From NCBI GenBank assembly GCA_905201895.1, contig CAJKPX010000004.1:13628-77627 (forward strand): a stretch of DNA of 64,000 bases. Reading direction: 5' to 3'. Position 1 is the first letter of the stretch, and every line of letters starts with the position of its first letter. Positions 55,966-64,000 of the stretch are shown here, one piece after another. The DNA is from an uncultured Eubacteriales bacterium (lineage in GTDB: Bacteria; Bacillota; Clostridia; Oscillospirales; CAG-272). The position numbers and the translations under genes were made by a program. The notes beneath the pieces are model-generated. The model did no database searches and was not told where the DNA came from. It saw only the letters and a program-made list of their open reading frames with translations.

Positions 55966-56862
55966 TTACTGTTCGAGTTGACCTACGAACGCAAGGTCAA
56001 TTGCACGCGCAAGGATCTCGGAAAAGCATGCGGTAACGGCGTCGCTATCCTTAGGCGAAACGAAAAAGCTCCGCCCACGCTCCAGAACGCGGATCAGCTG
56101 CTCGGAGGGCTCTTGAATTCCCGCCTCGGCAAGCGCATCATAAACGAGCGTTGCAGAGTCAACCACGGTTGGAACGCCCACCGCGATCACGGGAATACCA
56201 AGGGTTTCTCTCGAAATGGCAGACCGACGGTTTCCCACCCCCGAGCCGGGTTGGATACCTGCGTCGCTGATCTGCACGGTTGACGCCAGACGGTCGCAGC
56301 TTCGTGCCGCAAGCGCGTCGATCACGATTACAAGATCGGGGCGCACGCATGCAGCTGCACTCTGCAACAGCTCCAGAGTCTCGATTCCCGTTTGTCCAAG
56401 CACCCCCGGTGCCAGAGCCGACACCGATGCGCACCCGAGGTCAAGGTAAAGCGATGCCTCATGCTCCTGCAGATGGCGCGTTGCAGTCAGTCTGCGTGCG
56501 GTTCGCGGTCCAATGGCGTCTGCTGTCAGGTCCTCGTTCCCAAGTCCCGCCACCAAAACTCCGAGATTGCCGTCGGGCAGGCGCCCCGTCAGCTGCTTCG
56601 TCATCCGTCGCAGTTCTCTCGCAAGCAGCTGCGAGAGCAATCGACTCTCCTTTGCACCTGCTGCCGTGACCGGTCCGCATTCGACGGTGATATAGGCTCC
56701 GATCGGTCTGTTGAGCAGCGCAGAATCGTCGGAATTCTCAACCCGAAGATCGCAAACCCGAAAATCTCCCTCCGTTCGCTCGCAATATTTGGCACGTGGA
56801 AGCACCCTGCCCACCTCCGCCATGCTTTCACATGCAAGGTCTGTTCTGGCTCTAAATTTCAT
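55966..56862 (-). CDS. gpr: GPR endopeptidase (spore germination protease)
   Basis: MKFRARTDLACES..., VAGLGNEDLTADAIGPR, ...IPVIAVGVPTVV... 298 aa. Confidence 0.88.
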   Translation of the reverse strand: MKFRARTDLACESMAEVGRVLPRAKYCERTEGDFRVCDLRVENSDDSALLNRPIGAYITVECGPVTAAGAKESRLLSQLLARELRRMTKQLTGRLPDGNLGVLVAGLGNEDLTADAIGPRTARRLTATRHLQEHEASLYLDLGCASVSALAPGVLGQTGIETLELLQSAAACVRPDLVIVIDALAARSCDRLASTVQISDAGIQPGSGVGNRRSAISRETLGIPVIAVGVPTVVDSATLVYDALAEAGIQEPSEQLIRVLERGRSFFVSPKDSDAVTACFSEILARAIDLAFVGQLEQ

Positions 56863-56952
56863 AAAAAAGCTCTCCTCGCCCCAAAAGTTTTCATTCTGTT
56901 CTTAAAGTACCAAGAAAATTAACAAAATATACATTAAAAAATTTGGGAATCT

Positions 56953-56981
56953 ATTGAAATTTTATCGGAAATAGGTTATAA
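56953..56981 (+). promoter_or_regulatory. Sigma-A-type promoter for the orphan binding-protein gene
   Basis: TTGAAA, 17 nt, TATAAT. Confidence 0.5.
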
Positions 56982-57050
56982 TATAGGAGTAAATCAGGCG
57001 CTCAAGGCGCTGTTTCCGATTTTTTATTCATGAGGAGGTTTTTCAACACC

Positions 57051-59234
57051 ATGTCAAAACGGATTCTTGCACTTCTTTTGTGCGTCGTCATGCTCGTTCC
57101 CGCCTTTGCAGGATGCTCCAAAAAGGCTGAGGGCGATCTCGGCGCATACATCACCATGTACCTGACGGACGAGGTCTTTGATTTCGACCCCGCCAACGCA
57201 TACTACAATCAGAATGCTCTGAACGTGACGAGTATGCTCTTTGATACCCTGTTCACACTCTCTGACGGTGGCAAGGTTCAAAAGTCTCTGGCAAAGTCCT
57301 ATAAGGTTCGTGAGGACCAAAAAACGGGTGAGCACTTTATGGAAATCACCCTCAACGAGGCTTATTGGAGCAACGGCATCCGCCTCAGCTCCGAGGACGT
57401 TGTGTTTGCATGGAAACGTCTGTTGAAGTTCTCGAATAACTACGAGGGCGCATCTCTCCTTTTTGATATCAAAAACGCGCGTGCCGTGAAGGAAGGCGAC
57501 GAAACGATCGACGATATCGGTATCGAAGCAGTTGCGATCGACATGATCAAGGTTACCTTTGAGGGCGACATCGACTACGATCAGTTCCTTCTCAACCTCA
57601 CCAGCGTGGTTACCGCTCCCCTGCTTGAGACCTACGTTTCCAAAAACGAGGACTGGGCAAAGAAGCCCTCGCTGATGGCAACCAGCGGTCCCTATAAGCT
57701 CGGCAAAATCAACTACGTTGAGACCTATGACGAGGAAGGCAAGGAGATTAAGTTCCGCGATGACAACGCCGTTAACAAATTCGGCGAGGTAGGCAGCAAG
57801 AACTCTCTCGTGAAGGATATCAACTACTTCTACCTTGAAAGAAACGTTTACTACTACCGTGACACCGAGCGCGATGCAATCGACAAATCGGTTTCCAGCT
57901 ACCGTATTCTGGTAGACTGCTCAAAGTCCGACGCGGAAATTCTTGCAGACTACAAGGACGGCAAGATTTTCTATATGGGCTCGATCCCGATGTCTCTGCG
58001 CGACGATGCGTTCGTAAAGGAGCACGTTCAGGTAACCAACGCTCTTTCCACCTTCGTTCTCTACCTCAATCAGAACGCCGTGTTTGATACCGACGCAAAT
58101 CCCGAAACCCCCGGCGAGAAGCTGTTTGACAACAAAAAGGTTCGTCAGGCACTCTCTCTTGCAATCGACCGCGAGGCAATCGCAAGGGCGATCGTTTACG
58201 CAGAGGCAGCAACCGGACTCGTTTCCCCCGGCGTGTTTGAAACCAACAAGTACTCCAAGAGCACCGACTTCCGCACGGTTGGCGGCAAAATCCTCGAAAC
58301 CACTGCAAATATGCAGGCGGCAAAGGACCTTCTCGCAGGAATTGACACCTCTAAGTTCGCATTTGAGATCGACGTTGCAGCTTACGATGAGGAAAACGTG
58401 AAGATCGTTGAAATGATCGCAGAGGCATGGACGCAGCTTGGCTTCACCGTTACGGTTGACAAGCGTGTAACCATCGCGAACAACGACGTGCACAAAGAGC
58501 TTATCGGTACCGCAAACGATACCCCCGAGGACGTGCTCGACGACCTCTTTATTGAGGCTTACAAGCGCGGCACCTACGACGTGATCGCATTCGACTACAA
58601 TGCATTCTCGGCAGACGCCTACTCGGTGCTCTCCAACTTCGCACTCTCCTTCTCGGGCATGGCACTCAACGTTGGCGTTGATGAAAACGGTCATCCCACC
58701 TATTCCTCCACTCCCAACTCCACCGGCTACAACAGCGCAGCCTACAACGATCTGATCGAGGCAACCTACTATCTGCCCTACTTCGCATCCTTTACCGAGG
58801 AGCAACTGGCAGATGAGAGCTTCACCTTCCTTTCGATCTACGATACGCACGCTGAATTTTTGGATGCCTACAACAAGGTGAAGGCTGTCTACGAGGCAAA
58901 CGGCGTCACGCCCTCCGCAAAGAAGGCCGATTGGGCTGCTCAAAAGGCGCTCCTGCTCCACAAGGCTGAGGAGCTTTTGATGGAGGAGCTTCCCGTGATT
59001 CCTGTTGTGTTCAACAAAAACGCCACGATCAAGAGCTCGGAGATCACCGGAGTTTCTTCGACCTACTATATCCCCGCAACCTTCCGCAAGGCTTCGCTGA
59101 AGAACTACAACGATTACACCTACGTTGATAAGAGAGGTACAACCGTTTCGATCTTCTCCGAATTCCCCACCATCTCCTGGGATAAGCAGGGCGAGAGCTA
59201 CTTTGTTGAAACCGAAAAGCCCGCAAAGAAATAA
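57051..59234 (+). CDS. ABC transporter substrate-binding lipoprotein, family 5 (peptide/nickel/oligosaccharide type), unusually long
   Basis: Start MSKRILALLLCVVMLVPAFAGCSKK (lipobox). 727 aa. SBP_bac_5-like core. No permease or ATPase genes adjacent. Confidence 0.75.
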   Translation: MSKRILALLLCVVMLVPAFAGCSKKAEGDLGAYITMYLTDEVFDFDPANAYYNQNALNVTSMLFDTLFTLSDGGKVQKSLAKSYKVREDQKTGEHFMEITLNEAYWSNGIRLSSEDVVFAWKRLLKFSNNYEGASLLFDIKNARAVKEGDETIDDIGIEAVAIDMIKVTFEGDIDYDQFLLNLTSVVTAPLLETYVSKNEDWAKKPSLMATSGPYKLGKINYVETYDEEGKEIKFRDDNAVNKFGEVGSKNSLVKDINYFYLERNVYYYRDTERDAIDKSVSSYRILVDCSKSDAEILADYKDGKIFYMGSIPMSLRDDAFVKEHVQVTNALSTFVLYLNQNAVFDTDANPETPGEKLFDNKKVRQALSLAIDREAIARAIVYAEAATGLVSPGVFETNKYSKSTDFRTVGGKILETTANMQAAKDLLAGIDTSKFAFEIDVAAYDEENVKIVEMIAEAWTQLGFTVTVDKRVTIANNDVHKELIGTANDTPEDVLDDLFIEAYKRGTYDVIAFDYNAFSADAYSVLSNFALSFSGMALNVGVDENGHPTYSSTPNSTGYNSAAYNDLIEATYYLPYFASFTEEQLADESFTFLSIYDTHAEFLDAYNKVKAVYEANGVTPSAKKADWAAQKALLLHKAEELLMEELPVIPVVFNKNATIKSSEITGVSSTYYIPATFRKASLKNYNDYTYVDKRGTTVSIFSEFPTISWDKQGESYFVETEKPAKK

Positions 59235-59249
59235 TAAAACACAGTTAAA

Positions 59250-59292
59250 GAGAGCATCAAGCGCATCCGCGCTTGATGCTCTCCTCTGTTTC
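59250..59292 (+). terminator. Intrinsic terminator after the binding-protein gene
   Basis: GAGAGCATCAAGCGC-ATCC-GCGCTTGATGCTCTC, a 15-bp stem with a weak T-tract. Confidence 0.55.
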
Positions 59293-59384
59293 ATCGGGAT
59301 TTTCCCTTTCATTTTCAGGCTTTTTTTGAAAAAAGACTTGACAAAAAAAGAAAGATATGATATTCTATACTATGTTATAGAAAT

Positions 59385-59627
59385 GCGATGATGAAGCTCG
59401 CAAACGGATGAATCCGATATTACAGAGAGCGCCGACGTGGCTGGAAGCGGCGTATATCCCACCGTTTTGCATTTCCCTTCGGAGCAGACCGAATCAAAGC
59501 TAAAAGCCATTAGTTCGGTACGGTGGGCACCGTTATATGCCGTCAAAGTGTTGGCTTTGAGCCGGAATTCGGGTGGTACCGCGGGAGCTTTGCGCCTCGT
59601 CCTGATGTTGGGACGGGCTTTTTTTAT
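59385..59627 (+). promoter_or_regulatory. T-box leader (Phe-specific) with terminator/antiterminator, upstream of pheS
   Basis: AGAGAG box at about 59424. Candidate UUC specifier codons at 59473-59480. Conserved T-box AATTCGGGTGGTACCGCGGGA at 59564-59586. Terminator GCCTCGTCC...GGACGGGC plus T9 at 59594-59627. Confidence 0.85.
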
Positions 59628-59699
59628 TGCCTGCACCACAAGCGCAAAAAAACACAATATCGTTGTTGCCAATCGGCAACAGAAAGGACTTATAATAAA

Positions 59700-60713
59700 A
59701 TGAAAGAAAAACTCTCTCAAATCCGCACGGAAGCGCTCGCGCAGATCATGGCAGAGGGCGCAGATCTCGAGCAGATCAAGATCAAATACCTCGGAAAAAA
59801 GGGTGAACTCACCGCCGTTCTGCGCGGTATGGGCGCACTTTCCGCCGAGGAGCGTCCCGTAATCGGTCAGCTTGCAAACGAGGTTCGTGCCGACATCGAG
59901 GGCGCGATCGGCAAGCGCGTGCAGGAGCAGCAGGCAAAGGCGCTCGAGGAAAAGCTCCGCGCCGAAAAGCTCGACGTCACCATGCCCGGCTCGCCCGCTC
60001 CCGTTGGTCATATCCATCCGCTCACTCGCGTACAGCGTGAGCTGGAGGATATTTTCATTGGCATGGGATTCTCGATCGTGGAGGGTCCCGAGGTTGAGCT
60101 GGATTACTACAACTTCCAGGCGCTCAACATTCCCGAAAATCACCCCGCGCGCGACACACAGGATACCTTCTATATTGCACAGAACGTCCTCCTCCGCTCG
60201 CAAACCTCTCCTGTTCAGGTGCGCACAATGGAGCATCAGAAGCCTCCGATCCGCATCATCTCCCCCGGTCGCGTTTACCGCTCCGACGCGCTTGACGCCA
60301 CACACTCTCCCCTGTTCCATCAGCTTGAGGGCCTCGTGGTTGACAAGGGCATCACGATGGGTGACCTGAAGGGTACACTTGAGATTTTTGCCAAGAAGCT
60401 CTTTGGCAACAGCACCCGTATTCGTTTCCGTCCTCACCATTTCCCGTTCACCGAGCCCTCGGCAGAGGTTGACGTTTCCTGCTTCGTTTGCGGTGGCAAG
60501 GGCTGCCGTCTTTGCAAGGGCGAGGGCTGGATCGAAATTCTCGGTGCCGGCATGGTGCACCCCTTCGTGCTCTCCAACTGCGGCATTGATCCCGAGGAAT
60601 ATTCGGGCTTTGCGTTCGGTCTCGGCATTGAGCGCATCACCATGACGAAATACGGCATTGACGATATTCGATTGTTCTATGAAAACGATGAACGTTTCCT
60701 GGAACAGTTCTGA
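59700..60713 (+). CDS. pheS: Phenylalanine--tRNA ligase alpha subunit
   Basis: Start [13 protein letters not shown]. Class II motifs (...[12 protein letters not shown]..., GAGMVHP...[11 protein letters not shown]). The track ORF was trimmed because its 5' part covers the T-box. Confidence 0.95.
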   Translation: MKEKLSQIRTEALAQIMAEGADLEQIKIKYLGKKGELTAVLRGMGALSAEERPVIGQLANEVRADIEGAIGKRVQEQQAKALEEKLRAEKLDVTMPGSPAPVGHIHPLTRVQRELEDIFIGMGFSIVEGPEVELDYYNFQALNIPENHPARDTQDTFYIAQNVLLRSQTSPVQVRTMEHQKPPIRIISPGRVYRSDALDATHSPLFHQLEGLVVDKGITMGDLKGTLEIFAKKLFGNSTRIRFRPHHFPFTEPSAEVDVSCFVCGGKGCRLCKGEGWIEILGAGMVHPFVLSNCGIDPEEYSGFAFGLGIERITMTKYGIDDIRLFYENDERFLEQF

Positions 60714-60729
60714 ACGGAGGTAGCATAAG

Positions 60730-63132
60730 ATGAATCTTTCCAGAAATTGGCTTTCTGATTTCGTCAACGTGGACGAGATCGACAATAAAACCTACTGCGA
60801 CCGTCTCACCATCACGGGCTCCAAGGTTGAGGGCTTCGAGGTGCTTGGAGACGATATCGAAAACGTGGTTGTTGCAAGAGTTACCGCAATGGAAAAGCAC
60901 CCCGACTCCGATCATCTCTGGGTCTGCCGCCTGGATGCAGGTGAGGTGCACGGTCATGATATCCAGATCGTGACGGGGGCGCAAAACGTGTTCGTTGGTG
61001 CGATTGTTCCTGCTGCCCTTCCCGTTGCAAAGCTCCCCGGCGATATTGTGATTAAAGCAGGTAAGCTGCGCGGCGTGGAATCGAACGGTATGCTCTGCTC
61101 GATGGGTGAGCTCAAGCTGACCGTTCACGAGTGCCCCGGCAAGGAGGAGAACGGCATTCTGATTCTCGATGAGGACTGTGCCAACCGCATCGGCGACGAT
61201 ATTCGCGACGTACTGATGCTCCGCGACACCTCGGTGGAGTTCGAGATCACCTCCAACCGCCCCGACTGTCTCTCTGTGATCGGTCTTGCGCGCGAGACTG
61301 CCGTTTCCTTCGACAAGCCCCTCACCGTCAAGGCACCTGTTGTAAAGGGTGCAAATGACGGCGACAAGGTGGAAAACTATATCAAGGTTGGCATTTCTGC
61401 TCCCGATCTTTGCTATCGCTATGCCGCAAGAGTGGTGAAGAATGTGAAGATCGCCCCCTCGCCGCTCTGGATGCGCATGCGTCTGCGCGCGTCGGGCGTG
61501 CGTCCCATCAACAACATCGTTGACATCACCAACTACGTCATGCTCGAATACGGTCAGCCCATGCACGCATTCGACTACAAGCAGCTCGAGGGCTCCGAGA
61601 TCGACGTGCGCCGCGCGGCAGACGGAGAAAAATTCCGTTCGCTTGATGACGTGGACCACGTGCTTGACAACAGCATGCTCGTGATTGCCGACAGCAAGAA
61701 GGCGTGCGCGCTTGCAGGCGTGATGGGTGGTGCAAACTCCGAGATCACCGACGATACCGCAACTGTGGTGTTCGAGTCGGCTTGCTTCAACGGCGCATCG
61801 GTTCGCGTAACCGCAAAGAAAAACGGCATGCGTACCGAGTCCTCGGCGCGCTTTGAGAAGGGGCTTGATGCAGAAAACTGCATGGCAGGTCTCCAGAGAG
61901 CCTGCGAGCTGGTTGAGCTTCTCGGCGCGGGTGAGGTTGTGGACGGTATCATCGACGTATATCCCACCAAGACTGCACAAACCGTTCTGCCCTTCACTCC
62001 CGACCGCTACAACGAGTTCCTCGGCATGAATATTCCGCACGAGCACATGACGAACACCCTGATCGGTCTTGGCTGCCGCATTGAGGACGGCAAAATCTAC
62101 GTCCCCTCCTTCCGCGCAGACCTCGGTTGCATGAATGATATTGCCGAGGAGGTTTGCCGTATCTACGGATACGATAAGATCGAATCCTCGAGCATGAACG
62201 CCGAAACCACGCTGGGCGGCAGAACCGCAAAGCAGCTCTTTGAGGTGAACACCGAGGCGGCGCTGGTTGGCATGGGTCTCTCACAGATTCACACCTTCTC
62301 CTTCATCAGCCCCAAGTTCTACGATCGCGTGCGACTGCCTGCAGACAGTCCGCTTCGTCGCTCGGTTGTGATCTCCAATCCGCTCGGTGAGGACACCAGC
62401 GTGATGCGCACCACCGCACTCCCCTCGATGATGGAGGTTCTGGCACGCAATAACAACTTCAACAACGAAAGCGTTTCGCTCTTTGAGATCGCAAAGATTT
62501 ATCTGCCGCGCGAAAGCGCAAACGAGCTGCCCGACGAGCAGGTTGTGCTCACACTCGGTGCATACGGCAAGACCGATTTCTATGCGATCAAGGGCATTTG
62601 CGAAAATCTGCTCAAGCTGGCAGGTGTGAAGGCAACCTACACTGCCTGCACCGACAACGCCGCATACCACCCCGGCAGATGTGCCAAGATTCTCGCAGAG
62701 GATGGCACCGAGCTCGGTATTTTCGGTCAGGCGCATCCGCTCATGGCACAAAACTATGACATGACGGCACCCGTTTACATTGCAGAGCTCGCATTCGACA
62801 CGATCTTTGCACTTGCAAACACCGAAAAAGCATACAAGCCCCTGCCCAAGTATCCTGCAACCACGCGTGATTTCTCCTTCGTTTGCGACGAGGATATGGA
62901 GGTTGGCGCGATCGAGGGCGTGATGGCGAAGGCGGGCGGAAAGCTCGTGGAAAACGTTGCACTCTTTGACATCTATCGCGGTCCGCAGGTTGGTGAGAAC
63001 AAAAAGTCGGTCTCTCTGCGCGTCACACTCCGTGCTGCCGACCGTACGCTCACGGTTGAGGAGGCGGACAAAGTGTCCAAGAAAATTCTCAATGACCTCA
63101 AGTTCAAGATGGGTCTGGAGCTCAGAGGCTGA
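60730..63132 (+). CDS. pheT: Phenylalanine--tRNA ligase beta subunit
   Basis: 800 aa. tRNA-binding (OB), B3/B4, B5 and FDX-ACB domains. ...MNLSRNWLSDFV... N-terminus. Confidence 0.95.
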   Translation: MNLSRNWLSDFVNVDEIDNKTYCDRLTITGSKVEGFEVLGDDIENVVVARVTAMEKHPDSDHLWVCRLDAGEVHGHDIQIVTGAQNVFVGAIVPAALPVAKLPGDIVIKAGKLRGVESNGMLCSMGELKLTVHECPGKEENGILILDEDCANRIGDDIRDVLMLRDTSVEFEITSNRPDCLSVIGLARETAVSFDKPLTVKAPVVKGANDGDKVENYIKVGISAPDLCYRYAARVVKNVKIAPSPLWMRMRLRASGVRPINNIVDITNYVMLEYGQPMHAFDYKQLEGSEIDVRRAADGEKFRSLDDVDHVLDNSMLVIADSKKACALAGVMGGANSEITDDTATVVFESACFNGASVRVTAKKNGMRTESSARFEKGLDAENCMAGLQRACELVELLGAGEVVDGIIDVYPTKTAQTVLPFTPDRYNEFLGMNIPHEHMTNTLIGLGCRIEDGKIYVPSFRADLGCMNDIAEEVCRIYGYDKIESSSMNAETTLGGRTAKQLFEVNTEAALVGMGLSQIHTFSFISPKFYDRVRLPADSPLRRSVVISNPLGEDTSVMRTTALPSMMEVLARNNNFNNESVSLFEIAKIYLPRESANELPDEQVVLTLGAYGKTDFYAIKGICENLLKLAGVKATYTACTDNAAYHPGRCAKILAEDGTELGIFGQAHPLMAQNYDMTAPVYIAELAFDTIFALANTEKAYKPLPKYPATTRDFSFVCDEDMEVGAIEGVMAKAGGKLVENVALFDIYRGPQVGENKKSVSLRVTLRAADRTLTVEEADKVSKKILNDLKFKMGLELRG

Positions 63133-63173
63133 TCGCAGAAATCGAAGCAATCTGCTCTGAATCAAATAAAAAT

Positions 63174-63212
63174 GCAAGGCACCGCCAAAATTGGCGGTGC
63201 CTTGCGCTTTGG
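63174..63212. terminator. Bidirectional intrinsic terminator
   Basis: GCAAGGCACCGCC-AAAATT-GGCGGTGCCTTGC, a 13-bp perfect stem. Confidence 0.7.
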
Positions 63213-63221
63213 TTGTCATGA

Positions 63222-63749
63222 CTATTTGTTTGGAATCTGCTTGATGTGCGCAAAGGTCTCGCGCTCACCGCGCTCGGCGAGCATGGTGAGCCATTCCTCG
63301 AGCGTGTCGGCGGTGGTTGGATGCATCTTGACACGTGCGTTGCCGCGCTTGAAATACTCGAGCGGATGCGCGTCGGTGTAGTGCTTTCCCTGATAAATTT
63401 TGCTTGCCGCCACGCGGTCGCAAAACATTTCCTTGATGTAGCGCGTGGGCATGGGGACGGGCTCATAGAGCTTGGTTGCGGGGTTGAGATCATTCCAATA
63501 CTCAAAATGATGGCGGTTTCTGCCTTTGTGGTGCAGCCATGCAGCGGAATACCCGAACAGCTCACGCTCGCGCTCATTTGGACTACGCGTGCCCTGGTAA
63601 TAGCGCGCGCTCGGCAAAAACTCAGCGGGAGAATACTTGGAAAGATCGTGAAAAAGCCCCTGCCAGCCGATGCCCACGCGGAAGCAGTGTGCGATCACGC
63701 GGTGGCGGTGCTTGGTAATCGTGTAAAAATGACGGAATGGGTGTGCCAT
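63222..63749 (-). CDS. DUF5662-like protein (HD-like motif GLFHDLSKY)
   Basis: 175 aa. ...ITKHRHRVIAHCFRVGIGWQGLFHDLSKYSPAEF...WLHHKGRNRHHFEYW... matches my recollection of the DUF5662 family. Confidence 0.55.
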   Translation of the reverse strand: MAHPFRHFYTITKHRHRVIAHCFRVGIGWQGLFHDLSKYSPAEFLPSARYYQGTRSPNERERELFGYSAAWLHHKGRNRHHFEYWNDLNPATKLYEPVPMPTRYIKEMFCDRVAASKIYQGKHYTDAHPLEYFKRGNARVKMHPTTADTLEEWLTMLAERGERETFAHIKQIPNK

Positions 63750-63797
63750 ATTTTTCTCTTTTCTTTGAAATCTGGAATTCTATCGTATGAAAGTCGG

Positions 63798-64000
63798 TCA
63801 CGCAAACCACAAAAGAAGCCCCTTGATGCCACCATAGCCGAGCCTCAGGGAAAGCATCAGGATCAAAAGAGCCTGAACGTCAAACATCACCGGTTCGTCC
63901 TTGAGATAGGAAATGAACGGGATCTTTTTGAGGTAGAAAACAGAGGTGAGATACGGAACCTGCCGCGGTGTGGTGAGGTAGTGCGTGATACGCCGTCGAT
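63798..64000 (-). CDS. C-terminal fragment of an unidentified protein with a hydrophobic tail (5' end outside window)
   Basis: Minus-strand frame is open from the window edge to TGA (63798-63800). Translation ...FYLKKIPFISYLKDEPVMFDVQALLILMLSLRLGYGGIKGLLLWFA. Confidence 0.35.
   Translation of the reverse strand, partial: RRRITHYLTTPRQVPYLTSVFYLKKIPFISYLKDEPVMFDVQALLILMLSLRLGYGGIKGLLLWFA

Noticed and set aside
56863-56950. A search for a forespore sigma-F/sigma-G promoter upstream of gpr (GTATA at about 56919-56923 on the minus strand).
   Set aside because: I could not align a convincing -10 element (CATnnTA or GGnnAnAhTR) at the proper spacing, so no promoter is claimed.
1-64000. A window-wide look for tRNA, rRNA, tmRNA, RNase P and SRP RNA genes, CRISPR arrays, IS elements, integrases, reverse transcriptases, restriction-modification or other defence genes.
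   Set aside because: None was recognised. The intergenic regions are short and largely explained by promoters, terminators, one riboswitch, one T-box and CIRCE, apart from the 516-bp AT-rich spacer at 11067-11582. This is a negative result by eye only. cmsearch, tRNAscan and defence-system HMMs would be needed to confirm it.

Overview
This is a 64-kb chromosomal segment of a high-G+C, spore-forming Firmicute. The evidence is gpr, spoIIP, a CIRCE-controlled hrcA-grpE-dnaK-dnaJ-prmA operon, a T-box pheST leader and Gram-positive RBS/sigma-A promoter architecture. It looks like a Clostridia/Oscillospirales-type genome, but that is a guess from gene content only. The window is densely coding (about 65 CDS) and mostly housekeeping. 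The housekeeping genes are proBAC, an ABC-F ATPase, an OmpR-type RR/HK/HtrA operon, ychF, the dnaK operon, cmk, an ispH::S1 fusion, ylxM-ffh-rpsP-KH, nnr, mecA, eno, gpr-spoIIP and pheST. I found two cis-regulatory RNAs by eye: a cobalamin riboswitch at about 31300-31590 on the minus strand, and a Phe T-box at about 59385-59627 on the plus strand. I also found one perfect CIRCE operator, many -35/17-nt/-10 sigma-A promoters and many intrinsic terminators. I saw no rRNA, tRNA, CRISPR array, transposase, integrase or recognisable defence system, so there is no clear-cut novel system that I can prove from sequence alone. The stretches most worth a second look are listed here.

1. An operon with an XRE-HTH::PfkB kinase fusion, a cupin aldose-ketose isomerase and a class II aldolase (12.8-15.5 kb).
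2. A sharply low-G+C orphan gene (23506-24177) downstream of a Tim44-like membrane protein.
3. A five-gene Na+-decarboxylase cluster carrying both a 12S-type acyl-CoA carboxyltransferase and a 5S/OadA-type carboxyltransferase around one BCCP.
4. A B12-riboswitch-controlled DUF4430 lipoprotein plus an S-component-like permease.
5. An XRE::S24 (LexA/HdiR-like) repressor-RadC operon divergent from a small membrane protein.

Many long ORFs in the supplied track are antisense shadows of real genes, which is typical at this G+C, and I rejected them. All family assignments rest on motif recognition by eye, with no database search.
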